NCBI GenBank assembly: GCA_035084275.1
Contig: CM068756.1
Span: forward strand, 4,588,001 to 4,652,000
DNA: 64,000 nt
Source of the DNA: Hydrolagus colliei
Taxonomy: Eukaryota
Direction of reading: 5' to 3'
This document shows positions 39,014 to 53,500 of the stretch, in pieces (position 1 is the first letter of the stretch; each line of letters starts with the position of its first letter). Position numbers and translations under genes: made by a program. A model generated the notes under the pieces. The model saw only the letters and a program-made list of their open reading frames with translations, had not been told where the DNA came from and did not search any database.

Positions 39014-41997
39014 CTAAAATATAGATCACTGGTTACTCAAAACAGATTCAAAACTATATTTTTAAAAATGGTCAACATCATAAATAACATGCATCAGATT
39101 TAATAAGGTTAAATGCAGTACAATACTTGTTATTATATATATTATCTAGAATATGTATGTACACTAGAATGTTTCGAAATAATGCTCATCACTCATGTTA
39201 CTTTCAGAGTTTATCAGACAACACAACACCAACTCCTTTTGTGATATAAAGGCTTGTGGCCACTGGTCAGCACTTTATCGATGGGAAATAGAAGCCATAC
39301 CAGAAACCAGCATAGAGAATTATAATGCACTCTGTGCCTGTATGAGAACTCCATTGCAACCATTCATCATCACAGCATCGCAGAGTATAAATGGCGGAGA
39401 GAGGGGGGAGATCCCTACTTGTACCTACAGCGCAAGGAAAGCCAATGAAATAAAGAATTTTAAAAATAGAATGCTATTTTAATGTTCTCCAGATCACAAC
39501 TCAGCTGTTGCATGTAAGCAAATATACATTAGCAGTTTGTGGTATACATGTACAATACCGATTTTAGATCAAAATAGTTAGATCTCATTTATCCGATTAA
39601 AGACCTTGCATCAACTGCACTTCAATTTGAAGCACAGCTTGTTTCTGTAGCAAAATGTGATGTGGAATGCATGGACATATGCAAGTTATTACCTTCCGTG
39701 AAGCTATCAACTAACTGCTGTATTGGACAATAACTGTAAATCACTGGTTTTCGATGAGTCATTTGCACTCGTCTCAAACTATTTCCATTTAAAAGCTTAT
39801 ATGAGAGATTACTGTGGCTTCTCTCTATGTTTACAGGATAATAAATATATTCCTAAATTTTCAATTCTGAACAACCTAAACTTTAGCATGAATTTAGCAT
39901 GACTTCAATATAGCATCCTCTCTATGAAGTGGATAATGTTGTTTACACATTAATTAACTAGCTCATGCTATCATTAAGACATATTTTTAATGGAAAAGGA
40001 TAAAACAGGTAAAAGCCAAAGTATATTTAGAATGTTCTGCACATTATTAAACATATCGAAACAGGATGACCCAATATATCACAACATGGTCTTTTTGCCA
40101 AAGGTTGAATGGGCATGAATCCATAAACACAAAACCGCATATAATTGGCACTAAATTAGCAATCTCGCTCAAAGGCCATAAAAATGATGGATTGTGGGAA
40201 TCACAAATGTTGCACTGACGCACCAGCAACAGGTGCTCTTGTGATGCTGGGGTTAAAGAGTTTGCTGGGACAGATTTTGCTAAATTTCTGCTCTTCACCT
40301 GGGTCAAGATATCCTGACCTTAATGCTCAATGTGGATACAGGCGCTTAAAGCAGTACGTTTTCCATTCCTCAGCAGGAACATCCATCATTTTGATGAGCA
40401 CAGAAAAAATAGAAATACACGCACACTTGGGAATCCAACTTTCCTGTGTCTTCCTAAACAGTGATAAGTGTTGTACATAAATATGCAAGAGTAATAGATC
40501 TTAATATATTGCACTCCCTCTCTCTCTCTCTCTCTTGCTGTTAAATAGGTTTATTTAGTTCAGAAAGAAGCCCAAAGTGTTTGGAAACCCCATGTGGTGA
40601 TTAGTGTCTCCACTAATATAAACGTATACGTTTCTGTTTGCTTGTTGAAGAGTGCACAATCTCTCCGTTGTTAATGCAATAGTACAATAAACAATTACAT
40701 CAGTGATTAACACAATAAAGAAATAAAATTAAGGAAAATATATTTGTTCGGTAATCGTGGGCCACAGGCAACCCACCCAACAACAATCTCTGATAAGCCA
40801 AACACTCTTTGGAGAAATGGAAAGCCAATTTGCAAAAGTAGTGTGAAGCCAAGTTGGTTAGATATTAGGTAGTTCATGTCAAATATTTGACATTTTCCAT
40901 AATAATAAAAAGATTGGCGGAAATGAGAAGATGGTGTATCAGAGCAATGAACTGAATGAAGCATTGTGCTAAAAGTGCCAATAGTTGTACCCACATGACC
41001 TCACATGGTGACTGTCTGATCTCAGATTCAAGAAGCATCATGGAAAGCTAACAAGAGTTCCTCTGCAGAGAACAGATCCCGTTGACAGTAATTCCAGTAC
41101 CCAGCACCAAAATCTCCTCACCTTGATTACAAAGCTCACCAATTTTTGTTTTTGAAATATTAGGAATACAAGATTACCTCAATTAAGTGTTCTTTACAAA
41201 CATGGCTATTAAAAAGTATTCAGGCAGACTTCAAGGATAGAATTATACATATTAGAGAACTAGCAAGCCAACTAATTGAGATAATGTACTATAATTATTT
41301 GTTTAATAAGTTGAGTAATAGCGTACCTTAACAACAAGGCACAATGCGTCTTCATAGCAACTTGATAATTTTCTCCATTTATGACCCTCAGATTTATTTG
41401 ATAAGATTACTTGGTTACCTGCATATGACAGTTCTATAGATTATCGCCCAAAGGGCATATTTGTCTTTATATTGAAGCTGCGATAACTAACATTTTCAAA
41501 TCAATACGGGTCATAAATACACATTCTGTTGCGTCATTAACTTTTGGATTATCAATATGGAAGGATAACAAAATGATTAGCATCACACAAATTGAAATGC
41601 TTTTAACCTTTATCAATAGGGTGTCACAGCAAAAATGGAAATGAATGACGTTTGCATCTTTCTAATTTTAGGAAACGTTTAAGGATTACAAATTAAAGCT
41701 CCCCCACCCTAATATTGTTATCTACTTATCTACTTTGTGAAACAAACCTGTACCAGGTGTAGCAATCTTATCAGTTTCCAAACTCCCTAACCCCAACCCT
41801 ATCCAAGCTCACATCTGATAAAAGTGCACTTCCCTTTTATACAGAGTACAAAGTCTGGTGAAAGCAAGCTGCCTTTTCTGGAGCATTTCCAAATATTTTT
41901 TGCTAAACTTTGGTGTATAATCAGAAAGGAAAATGGAGTATTTGTGGGTCTATACAAATGTAATTTTGATGTTATTGTTCTCCTCAGAAAAATACTA

Positions 41998-42208
41998 CAG
42001 TAAAAGCCCGTTTATCCAGCACCCGATCAACCGTAACTTTCGTATAACAGGCATCGCAAAAAAAGTTTGCATTTGAGTAACCGGAATTTATCTGGAAAAA
42101 TGCATTGAAAAATTATTATGTTTTGTGTATTTTTGGCCAAATATCCGGCAGGCGCTTTAACCGGCATTGGCCAGGTCCCGAGGGTGCCGGAAAAATAGGC
42201 TTTTACTG
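41998..42208. mobile_element. Tigger/pogo-like MITE, 211 bp
   Basis: TIRs CAGTAAAAGCCCGTTTATCCAGCACCC and (revcomp) CAGTAAAAGCCTATTTTTCCGGCACCC. TA TSD on both sides. Confidence 0.85.
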
Positions 42209-44164
42209 TACAAAATTCCACCAATGATGCTTTGATGTCCATTTCATATCCACTACTCGCAAATATCTGATAGAAACTCTTTAGGAGTCACTTTACTACC
42301 ATAAACAGGAGTACAGATTTTCTGTGAGAGAATGAGAGAGAATGTCTACTGAGAAGGAAATACTTTTACACTGTACTGTCTCTTAAAGAAGATGCTAGAT
42401 GCTTTAAAATTGATAACAGTATTTCCATACTCGGACGTCTTTCATTCATGGGCACAACAAACATTCCCTTTAGTCCAATCTGATCTGGCAACAACACAAC
42501 TGTGTTGCTGAATCCAATCTTTTTCCCAACTTTTTGTCTTCATCAATACAAAAGTGGATAACCACTACTAAAACTGCTTACCACTAAACCACAATATAAC
42601 ACATGTATTGAATTGCAGAATACATTTCAAGAGTAAATTACAAGCATTATGGAGATAGTGAATAAATACAGTTGAAAATACAGCATACCCCATATCTGAA
42701 TCTGTATGATTTTCTCAATGTGTTTAGATGTGAACTCCAGTAAACGTTTTTAGATTTAGGTTCCAGGTTCAGTATGAAATTGAATAATAAATGAGTAAAG
42801 GAGTATTAAGCAGTCAGATGTGACTAAGATTTATCTCATTGCAAGGTATAGGACATTTTGAACCCATTACAGTGGTACAGAATAGTTTTAAAATTTTAAC
42901 AGAAAAACAAGTACAGTAAAGAAAGACCAATAAATTTGTTCCACTCAGTCAAGGACATGACTAAAGCTTCACATGATGGAATCAGTTTGTTACAGAAGAG
43001 ATTTGTTTCAAAGATAATACTCTCAATGAAAGAGCAATAACTTGCACACCTGTAGAAGCCAGTAGGAAAGAGAGGGGGAAAAAATTCAAAAGATCAGTAC
43101 ATGGAAAGAATTTATGCGCAATGTGAACTGCGAATCACGACAAGACAAATAAGAGCAATTTGGTGATTTATCTCAAAACAGATGAAGGATTCACAGGAAA
43201 GTACAATAACCTTTTTTTTTTAGTTTAAAGTGAATTCATATGAAGCCAAAAAAAAACGATCAATCGCACACATGGTGACTTCCAAGTCCAAGATTTAGAT
43301 TGGGTTTATTTCCTGGATCATTTGCAAACCTGATTTTAAGGGCTGATTTGAAAAAAAGAGGAAACAATTCAAGACAACGATAGCAGTAACCAATATTGGA
43401 TACATTAAATAACACAGCCTGCGAGACCCGACCTGAACATCAGTAACTGAATTTCAGAAGTGAAGAGGTATGGTTTGCTGTTCACCCATCATCAGAAAAC
43501 CCAAGATTTAATAACCGGCCTTGTAAGTTTAAGATTGTTTGTTTTTAGAAAAAATAGCACCTTTTCTTTGCATTGTTCAAAAACAGACAAAATGGACAAA
43601 TCAGAGGTTTCTAACCCACTTCAGGATGTACTTTGAACATTGTGCAAAGCAGTTCTTCAAACAACGATTCAGAAAACGACATCATAAGGAAATGAATCAA
43701 TAACTTTTTTTTCCTTTACCAGACCGTTACTTATCATTAAGATGATCAAGTGATTATTAATTTTTCAGTTTGCAGATGTTGGTTTAAAAGATTTTCGGTT
43801 TATTCTGAGAGGAACTTGGATAAGAACAATATCAATATCTCAGGGGGAGGGTGGCGGCTAATAGGGAGGGAGGGGGTGGGTGGTGGGGGGCGTATTATTG
43901 ATGAGTTGATAGGAATCACATCAATTAACCTTGAACCCAACCTTCAAAAAAAAATCTATAAAAAAGTTCCATTACTTATGACTATATCTGCTCTTGCCAC
44001 GAGATTAACACCTGACATTTTTCCAAAGCATTTCAAAAATGAAAAACAACTTGGTAGAATTCACACAAACAAGTACTAAGCTAAATGGTACAATGTCAAA
44101 ATGCTTATCATTATTGCACAACATCTGAAGTCATAAACAGTAACCATGTGTTTTAAGACCCACC

Positions 44165-44480
44165 GTAGAATGTTACAGATGGAGGCCATTCAGTGTATCT
44201 TGCCTGTGCCAGCTCTTTGAAAGAACTATAGTCCACTTTCCCATTCTAACTCCATAGACCTGCAATTTGTTTCCTTTTCAAGTATGTATCTAATTTGCTT
44301 TTGAAAGCTACTTACTACCCAATTTTCTTCCAACATTTTTTCAGGCAGTGCATTCCATAATGTAACAACTCTCTTGGTAGATAAATTTCTCCTCATTTCT
44401 CCTTTGGTTCTTTTGTCAATTATCTTAAATCTATATCCTCTGGTTAACGACCTACCCACCAGAGAAAACCTATAAACCCC
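44165..44480 (-). mobile_element. CR1 LINE 3' fragment
   Basis: ORF 44226-44483 reads TRGYRFKI...RRNLSTKRVVTLWNALPEK (CR1 ORF2 C-terminus), followed by a 3' UTR with gaatggcctcc. Confidence 0.85.
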
Positions 44481-45826
44481 CATTATAGAAGAAATTTAAA
44501 ATCTAGTCATGTGCATTTTGAGATGATACAAATTTTAATTACAATATTTGAAGAGTTAAAAATCACTCGGAAATATAAAAGCACCTGATCGAATCCTTGC
44601 TCTTCACACTTCCCAAAGTATAGTACATGTATCAATTGATTGTTTCGTGATAGTTTGCTCAAGCACAAAAGAAAATACTACAGACACCAAAATTCAATTT
44701 GAAATGATTGCAACATGACTTTAAATATGGCACAGCTGACGGATTTACTGATCAGCAAGTGCTTATGTTCAATACATCAAGTGCTCCAACGATAAGGCAA
44801 CAAAAAAGTGTTATTGAGTGTAGCTATCGAATTCATAAATTACTAAATCATGACATGGGCCATCAACCTGAAAATGGATTGGCTGAAAAATAGTTGTGCT
44901 GTATCTTATGAAGTGCAAACGCTATAACGCTATATATCCTTTAGAAGTGAAATTTTCTTTTTTTAAAAAAGACACTTTTCAACCCTGCCCCGACTAGATT
45001 CATTCCCAGCAACTAAAACAAATGATTTACAGTTACAAATTCCTCACAAGCTTTATTTATCAAGTTTATAGATGTTAAGAGTTACATTAAATAATTTTTC
45101 CAATCCCATGTCCATGTTCTCACTCCTCCACCACCATGAACCCAAGTCATTCGACTCTGCCTATTAATGCTAACCACAATTCTCATCACCTGCATATTGT
45201 TTATCCTGATTTTGTTAAATAAGAGTGAATGCCCTTTATGAACAGGGTACAATATCTACATTATAAAGCCGCACAATGTGCACACCATGATTGGTCAGAA
45301 AAGTGTTTTGGTAATCCATTACCACTAACCAAACAGGTTTCCTTTCAATAATAATACTAACAATAATAGTTATTCTTGTATTTGATATGAACCCTTATCA
45401 TGTTGTCTCAAAGCACTTCACAGGATATACTGTAAAGTGTAGTGACTGGATATTTTGTGGGCGAAACTCGGCAATTAGTTTATGCATGGCAAAGATTGTT
45501 GTTTTCGCAACAGAATGATTTTGTATTAAGGCAGATAAATTATAATACCAAGTTTAAGAAATGTGATTTACAGCTTAAGATCAAGACAAGTGGAATAATT
45601 TAGTGCAGTATCATCCAAACACTAGGACAATAATGTCGAGAGGGGTACTGGGAAAAACCACATCTGGTTCCACCCAAAAATAATTATTCTAAGAATATTA
45701 ACGTCACCCTTGAAGGGATGGAACACAATTTATAAGATTTGAATTCTATATTTTTCTACTGTTCTAAATATACAGTTGTTAGGACAACAAAATCAAGTCC
45801 AATGATGAGGATGAGTGTCAAATTAC

Positions 45827-45952
45827 CTTCACTGTGAAAAGAGTTGGAAGTATTACAGTCTGTTGAGTCATCCTGGTTTGAAACACCAGCTTTTTCGGAC
45901 ATGCTGTTATCAGTGACATTCTCCTCACCTTCCTCCATTTCGTCAATGGAAC
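45827..45952 (-). CDS. Internal coding exon (SIDEMEEGEENVTDNSMSEKAGVSNQDDSTDCNTSNSFHSE)
   Basis: 126 bp, gtcttttgcttaaag|GT...GAAG|gtaatt, phase 1-1. Acidic protein-like sequence that splices in frame to 38933-39013. Confidence 0.65.
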
Positions 45953-48743
45953 CTTTAAGCAAAAGACAGCGCACCAGTAAATTTCCAAACTTTGCTTTTC
46001 CAAATAATCAAATATTGCATAGAGATCAAAAGCACTTCCATCCCACCTGCTTCATCAATGAAATCTGCGGACCAGATTGCTTCCGTGGAATAAAAATTAC
46101 AAATCTACTTAGAACCTTATCCATAATTCTGCAAGCGAAACGCTTTCATAATAAAGTCTTAAAATGGATAGAACTGAGTTTTTGTGTTTAAATTCAATCG
46201 AGGCAGTAGGGTTACAAACTTATAGGCCTGCCCTTTGTGTCCCAACTTCACAACATTGATAACCTGAATTTGATCATTTACAATAATCCTTACATTTGAT
46301 CTGAAGCCTTTCATGGTCATCTGACAGCACTTGATAGGATTTTACTGCAACACATGGTGACTGTGTATTTTATAGGCAAACGTGTTAGCCAACTTGCCCA
46401 CAGCAAATTTATACCTGGAAATATTTCATTATCAAATCTGCATGATTGATGCCTTTAAACTGTACATTATCTCAGTAAAGTGTAGAATCTGAAGTAAAAA
46501 CCAATTGCAGAACTGCTGAGAGGGATACTGGGAAATGTACTGTTTAAATTGTCTGTCCTATGTGGTTTTCTGATAAAGTAACTGTTTCAACAGGTGCATT
46601 TTGTCATCATGGAAATCAAGGTGATTCAAGATTACCACGTTCAGCTGAAACACACCAAATATTGATATACAACTCGTAAACCTTGCCCAGAACTGGTGCA
46701 ACATTAATCGTTCCATTATGTACCCGATGCTCCCAGATCATCACTGAATCCAAATTCAAACAGAAGCCAACTAAAAGGTAGTGTTTGGGAGGGCAAAGCA
46801 AAACCCTCTAAGAGCAAAGGAGAGGAAATACATGTCCAATATTCCACACTTATAGCCAAGTTCCTGGTCTTAAAGAAGTAGATGGCAGTGCCAAATGGGA
46901 CCAGGCATTTCTTCACAAAATGACTAATATTTAAGGCAGGAGAGTTAGGAGAAGAAAACACATCAGTTATCCTTAGTCAGATGTGATACCATTGAGAGAT
47001 ATGTATTAGGAATTGCTGTTGCTGTACCAACAGGAGGAAAACAGAACCACAAAACTTCCGCAACACTTACTGCGTAACAAGCCAGTAAGGTGGGAAAGCC
47101 TCTTGGTCTTGTTTGTAAATTATAAATATGGAGCCTTATTTGGTCAAGGCTTTTTATCAATTCAATAATGGAAATATGGACAGATTCTCCTTGGTGGTTT
47201 CATCCCATTTATATAAAAGAGACCTATATGCATCACAAAATGGAATCAGTACCAGATTTTAGATTTATGTGGAGTTAAATTGCAACAGCATTTTATAGTA
47301 GAAAAACAATATTACCAGCACAAACAATTTTCACAGAAGGTGTCAACCCACATCCCATCCTATTATCACCTACAAAGGAAAGAAAGCTTAGCACCAAGAA
47401 AGGCAGTTCACCAACTGCCAACAAGTCAGATTTCTTGGACTTTGTCACTTCAAAATTATCAATCAATTGTATCTCAAACTCACCCTCAGCTACTTTTTGA
47501 TACTAAAGGGCAATCTCTCACATTCACATCTACACAAGAGTTTGATTAAACCTTTGAGATACCATGACAGTATCATTTTTACATGTTTTCAACAACCAGC
47601 TCCATCTGCTGTATACTGTATAATGCCGTCATCCCAATGTAGATGACAACAGTTGATAAAACTGATATGCATCTAAGGAATCTGTGTAACACCTCTCCCT
47701 CTTCCATGCAACCTTTGGCGACAGCCAGCATGACTACCACTGCATGCTGGGGAAATCAAAATGTTCTTAATATCTCAGAGAAAATTATATACTCAGTTCG
47801 TCTCAGACTCAAAAAATAAAGATATAGAAGATCTGATGGTGCAGTATAGCAGACAGAGCTTACAGACAGGCAAGGCAGCGTATTGGTTTAAATAACAGTT
47901 TGTGATGTGTTTTCTGGCCTCAATCCACAGCTGTTTGTGCAACATTGTTATGCGCAATTAACTGCCTCTCAAAACATATACGGTCAATTCACATTACAGT
48001 AAATTCTGCGAACCACTTTGAGACGTCTCAACACAATAAGGTGGTATATCAAATGCACTTACCCTAACCCTATCCTGCCCACCAGGGTCATATTCCCTGC
48101 CTCATCTCATAGGATTTAATAATGGATTTGTGAATCATCAACCACTCCACAGTGCCTTTGCTTCACCCTCTGCCTTGCTTCCTTCAAGGACCATCTCAGG
48201 ACCTTGCTATTCCACTGCATGAAAATTGGGAGGTTAAATAACATAAAATAAAATACAACACAACCAATTTGGAAAACCCACAGCATAAATTTGAGTAATT
48301 CTAACATTAATCTAAAGTGATTCCATGTAGCAGGGAATTTAGTATCAGTGAGCTAAACAATGCCATGAGAAACTACACCAAAGACTTTACCACCTGAACC
48401 ATACATCAAGCTGGCTCACAGAAACCAGACTTCGATTATGCACACGAAATTACCATGTTGGCCTTTTGCAATACCAAGTTTAAAGTCTTTAGAATGGGAA
48501 TGTCCGCTAGATTTGTATCCAATTATATACTGCAAGTAAATTGATTTGAAAGCTAATTACCCCTAAAGTTTGCTGAAAAGTCCATTAAAGTTATACTGCA
48601 TTCCATATATTTTAAACACATTTCCTCCTAACCACTCAGGTTGCTCACTGAAATGGAAGAATGAAATATCTCTCTATCCGAGATAACTATTTTGACTGAC
48701 GTGGTGCAATGTATGCAGCAAAGGAATAAAAAGCAACTTCAAT

Positions 48744-48909
48744 GAAATTAAAATCATGTGATTCCAATAATTCAAATTAAAAAATAGAATAAAAATTACA
48801 TTTCTTTTCTGAAGCATATTGCTTTGGAAATTAAAATCATGTGATTCCAATAATTCAAATTAAAAAATAGAATAAAAATTACATTTCTTTTCTGAAGCAT
48901 ATTGCTTTG
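48744..48909. repeat. Perfect 83-bp tandem duplication
   Basis: 48744-48826 is identical to 48827-48909, with GAAA microhomology continuing at 48910-48913. Confidence 0.95.
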
Positions 48910-50382
48910 GAAAGTACCATTATGTTCATTATTATTTTCATAAAAATGCCAAAGTCATGTAGCTTTCACGTTCAAGATCAAATAAATAGCAAATACTGGC
49001 ACCAAAAATAGAAAACAATATGCATTTAAAATATCCAATACAATTAATGAACAATTGCTCTCTCATGGTCAAATCGCAAGCAATTAATTGAATATTACCA
49101 ATCAAATAGTTTTTTTGTGGGTATGGGGAGGAAGAGTTTGAAGGTGCGGGAAGAGAAAGATTATTATTGATAAAAGATATCATGCAGTTTTTCTGTTGAA
49201 ACGTCAAGCGAGAATCTGGATAATTGCTTCTGCTGTCGGAATACATTTGTTCTTTAGATTTATTGACGTTTAACGCTAACTGGATTGCTGGATGGATTCC
49301 ACAATGCCTGTGGAATATGTAATCGTACCTTAAGGGGTATTTATCGCCCTGACTTGGTTCCCTAGCACAGATATTCCATTCTTTGGTGACATCACACCTT
49401 CAGCACAACAAAATTTGACCGTTCAATTGATCCTGTCGGAAATGACTTTTGTGTTCAAGAGTTCATGATTAGTTATATTTGAAGTTGTATTTACTCATTA
49501 TATTTCAACTCTGGTGTGCACCTAAGGAAAGCCTCCAGAGTTACAGCAAGCTGATTGCACAGCTACAATTCAAGCAATACAGTGTGTTTTTTTGTTTCTT
49601 CCTGTATGCATATTACATTAAGGAGACGATAAGATTTATGTCACAAGCAGGCTGACAAGATAAATACCCGACTCACAGAGATGAAGCAGACATCAAGCAA
49701 CAGGGAAAGACCTTAAGTCATAAATAAACAGTCACAAGCCATGAATGAATGACTGTTCACCCCCACTTTCTAGTGACACTCTGGTTCTCAAATGCATTTT
49801 GTAATCGTAAGTTATATTAAGAAAAAAGTGACTCTATTGCAGATTCTGTGTTGTATCCATTGAACTTGAGGAATTTGGAGGAATTAATGTCGCTGATTGC
49901 TGGAGGCAGTGCAGGTCCAATTAATTTATCCTTTGATGACGTTTGAGCAGGCTGACACCAAAAGCAACTTTGCGTTTAAAATAAGTTCAAGGATGCAGAA
50001 TGTCATTTTCATGACACATGGGTATTGATGTAGTGGCATTACCACAGTAATAAAATAGGAACTAATTTTGCCAATCTGGCTTGTTATAGTTTTTTTTTTA
50101 AGTGTTGCAATAGTCAGATATGGGGAGTAGAAAATAGCCAAACCCGAAATAACTCCACTCAAGACTAATATTGAGATTTTAGGGTCTATCACAAGTGAAT
50201 CATTAAAAATAGTCTTTTCATTACTGTTTGCATTGGAAATCCCCCTTCTACTTTCTGATTCCAATTCAGCCGATAAATCAAATGAAACATCACTAGGTTA
50301 GCAAGATTTGTGTGGGGGAAATTTGTTCATAAGATGCCAGTGAACAGGGTGTGTATTTAGAAGGCAGTCAGATAAAGCCAGA

Positions 50383-50556
50383 ACAAAACGCAAAATACTG
50401 CAGATGCTGGAAGTCTGAAACAAAAACAGAAATCGCCGGGAACACTCAGCAGGTCAGGCAGCACCTATAGAGAGGAAAGTGAGTCAATGTTTCGGGTTCA
50501 CAACCCTTCATTAGACAAGTTCTGAGGTACTGTGTTCTAAAAATTTCTGTTTTATT
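50383..50556 (-). mobile_element. Second Penelope-like terminus with degenerate hammerhead core
   Basis: Same family as 16995-17213 (actgcagatgctggaagtctg...cagcaggtcaggcagca). Minus-strand core CTAATGA-AGGGTT.GTG.AACCC-GAAAC-ATT. Flanked by 15-bp direct repeat TCAGATAAAGCCAGA at 50368-50382 and 50557-50571. Confidence 0.75.
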
Positions 50557-53500
50557 TCAGATAAAGCCAGATATGGGTAGCAGAAAATAGCAAAAACCTA
50601 ATTGACCCCACTCACATTGATACGTTAATCTTGTCCTTACTGTTTGCAAGGGGATTCTCTTTGCCCCTTTCTGCTTCCAATTCAGTCAATACCTGTCTGA
50701 AACTGGCATAATTGCTTCCGTCCGAATCCATGAGCCAACACCCTCAGAACTGGAAATGTTTACTCGATAAGAAGACTCAAAGAAATGTGCTATTGGAAAT
50801 GTTAGGCTTTGACCTGAAAATAAGCTGGTACTTTAAAAACACTAGGAATGATGAGACCTAGGCACATGCATCATTTTTTTTAAAAAAAATACAAATTTAC
50901 CAAAAACAAATGTTTTATACTGTATGTTAAATACTGGTATTCCAATTCAGGTTTGCTGGATCAAACACTGAACAGCCAGGAAGAGGCACCGTGTAACAGA
51001 TATGGCGGCATGCTTCTTATGAACAAGTCAACAAATACAATGCTTTTCATTGGGTGGGTTAAATTAATGGTCCCAGCTTGAAGGAGATACTGTCTAATGT
51101 CTAGAGTTCCACTCATACAAAAGTCCATTAATATCCGATTGTGTATCAAAACTTAATTCACATTAGTAGCCAGTCATATATGGTTTAATTTAATCAGATG
51201 GCTAACCATTAGATTGCTCAAATGACAGGCTGTTTAAGCTCCCCTCGCTCCAGATGCAATTGAACGCCTGACACACAGAGTCAAAATTCAGACACATTCA
51301 GTATATGAAATAACAGGAATGACCTTAAATCATAACTGAACAGTCATCAACAATGGTTTGGCCTGTATTCAGTTATCCTTGGTGAAAAAAAAGTAACTCC
51401 TCACTCTGTTCTAATGTTCTAATCAAGTACATACCAAGATAGAAGATGGAACAGTTATCAGCAACAAAAAGTATAAAACCACCCTTTGGAAATGGCAAGA
51501 TTTGCAAACCATTAAAATATATGTGCAATAGTCACTGCAGTCATGTAGTTGCACACTCATCTACCAGCTCATCACTATCTTACATTTGCTGAATTAGAAA
51601 TTTATTGGTGCTGGCATATAATTTAAGCGCATCAGAATAAATCAAATAAGTCAACGATCTGTATCTTCTTTTTCAAAGCATTTATTTGAATGGTGTCTGT
51701 GCACTCCTCTGTTGGTAATATGCCACACTGTTCACTAAACTAGAAACAGCTAGTTTATTTTCTTTTTTAAAAACATATAAGAGTTCTACTGGAAGAAGAA
51801 TAGTGCTCATGGCAGGTGTCCACAATGTAATTACCATCAAAATATGGGAAAGGCTAAACAACAGTAATTAGCATCTTTAATGATAATAATCCTTGCATTT
51901 GATATAGCGCCTTATCAAGAGGTCTCAAAGAATTTCCCACAATATACTGTAAAGTGAATTGACTGTATATTTTGTGAGACAAGAAAAGCAATGCGTTTGC
52001 TCCTCCAATGGGAGGTAAGTAACTATGGACCGATTAAGCTGGTATCACTTATAGTCAAACCTGTTCCATAAACCATCCCCTGTTAACCAACTTAGAACAG
52101 CCTGATTCACAGTCCAACAAATCCTTTATTTAGAGGCCACTCTTATGTAAATGCCGCTTTGACCCAGTTCCATCAAGCCTTAAGACCGTGGTTTCAAAGT
52201 TTCGGCTGTGCATGCGTGGAAAGTACACATTGAATGGTCCAAAAGTGAGCAAAATGTCCAAGCTACAAAATGGCACAATGCGTTTTCAGTGCAACAGTGC
52301 AAGGTCAACTCTTTGGTACTTATCTGCATTCAATCCAACATTAAATGCCATATGATTTGATCTCATGCAATGTCACTGCAGAGATTCCGCTGTTACTTGT
52401 GAAACATACAAAAGCTGAGAAAGGAACAGCTTGCCTTTTGTATTTCTAGCACCTCCTTTATAATGAAACCAGCCTCTCTCACTATTCCTTTAAATTTTAA
52501 TAAATATTTTGGGAGTAATTGTGCTATCCTTGTGTACCAGAGCAAATGCATGCCATTCCTTACCTCCAAGGTTAAAACAGCTCATACTCTTTCATCAGAC
52601 AATTTATGACAGCTTGTTAAAATTCGATTGCGTTGGATATTACAACACCGCCTGGTCGCCATTGAAAGCTATCTGACTGTTCCTGAACTCAGAACTGTAC
52701 AACACTTCAGACTTCATTCATTAACATCAGATATTACAGCTGCTCTGTTTCTAAAAGATAAAAAAAAAGCAGGTGGTGTAGTAGTGATCTGTCCAAAGTC
52801 TCATATAAACAGAAAGGTTAAATATTATACTACGATAATGGCAACGTTGTCCATTGACAACCAGTAATCCCACTGATTCTCCGACAAATGAAATTCTGTA
52901 GAAAGGAGAGTAAATTGGAATGGTACATTGGAATCACAGTTAGGACACAATGCAGATCACAAGGTGACACTAACCCTGAGAACACAAAAAGTTAAGTCAA
53001 ATTTACATGGAGTTACATGCACATAACAGAAAATTGTGCCTTCAGTCTGCAGGTGCTTTTTCAAGGACAAATCCTACAATGGAAAGTGTTGAGCAATCAT
53101 GCCCTGTTTCTTCCCCTTTCCAGACCCCATTTTTTTTTACACACACACACGATTGAGACACAGAAATCACTTGTTTCTGGTCAAATGATACAAAAGCATT
53201 TAAACAATCATGCACACTTCCTTTCAAAATCATTCATCCTAACACCATTGCTTGAAATTTATGCAAAGTTTCTGCCAAAATGGTGTTATGGCAAAGAATG
53301 ATGCTCTAATGAAGCAAAAAATCACCAAACTTTTTAATAAATTGATTGGAGATTGTCAAAAAAAAAGAGTTTTCTCTTGGGATGGGAACGACACAGTCGC
53401 TCATCAACCAACTGAAAAGGCCCCTCTACATGAGATGAATCCTGTTCCTTCTCTGGAGACCAAAATGCAGCTTTTCTGCCATCAGAAGGTGCTGCACCTG

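Noticed and set aside
41785-41802. Telomere-like CCCTAA units (also ~48062-48072)
   Set aside because: Only 2-3 imperfect units; too short to call an interstitial telomere.
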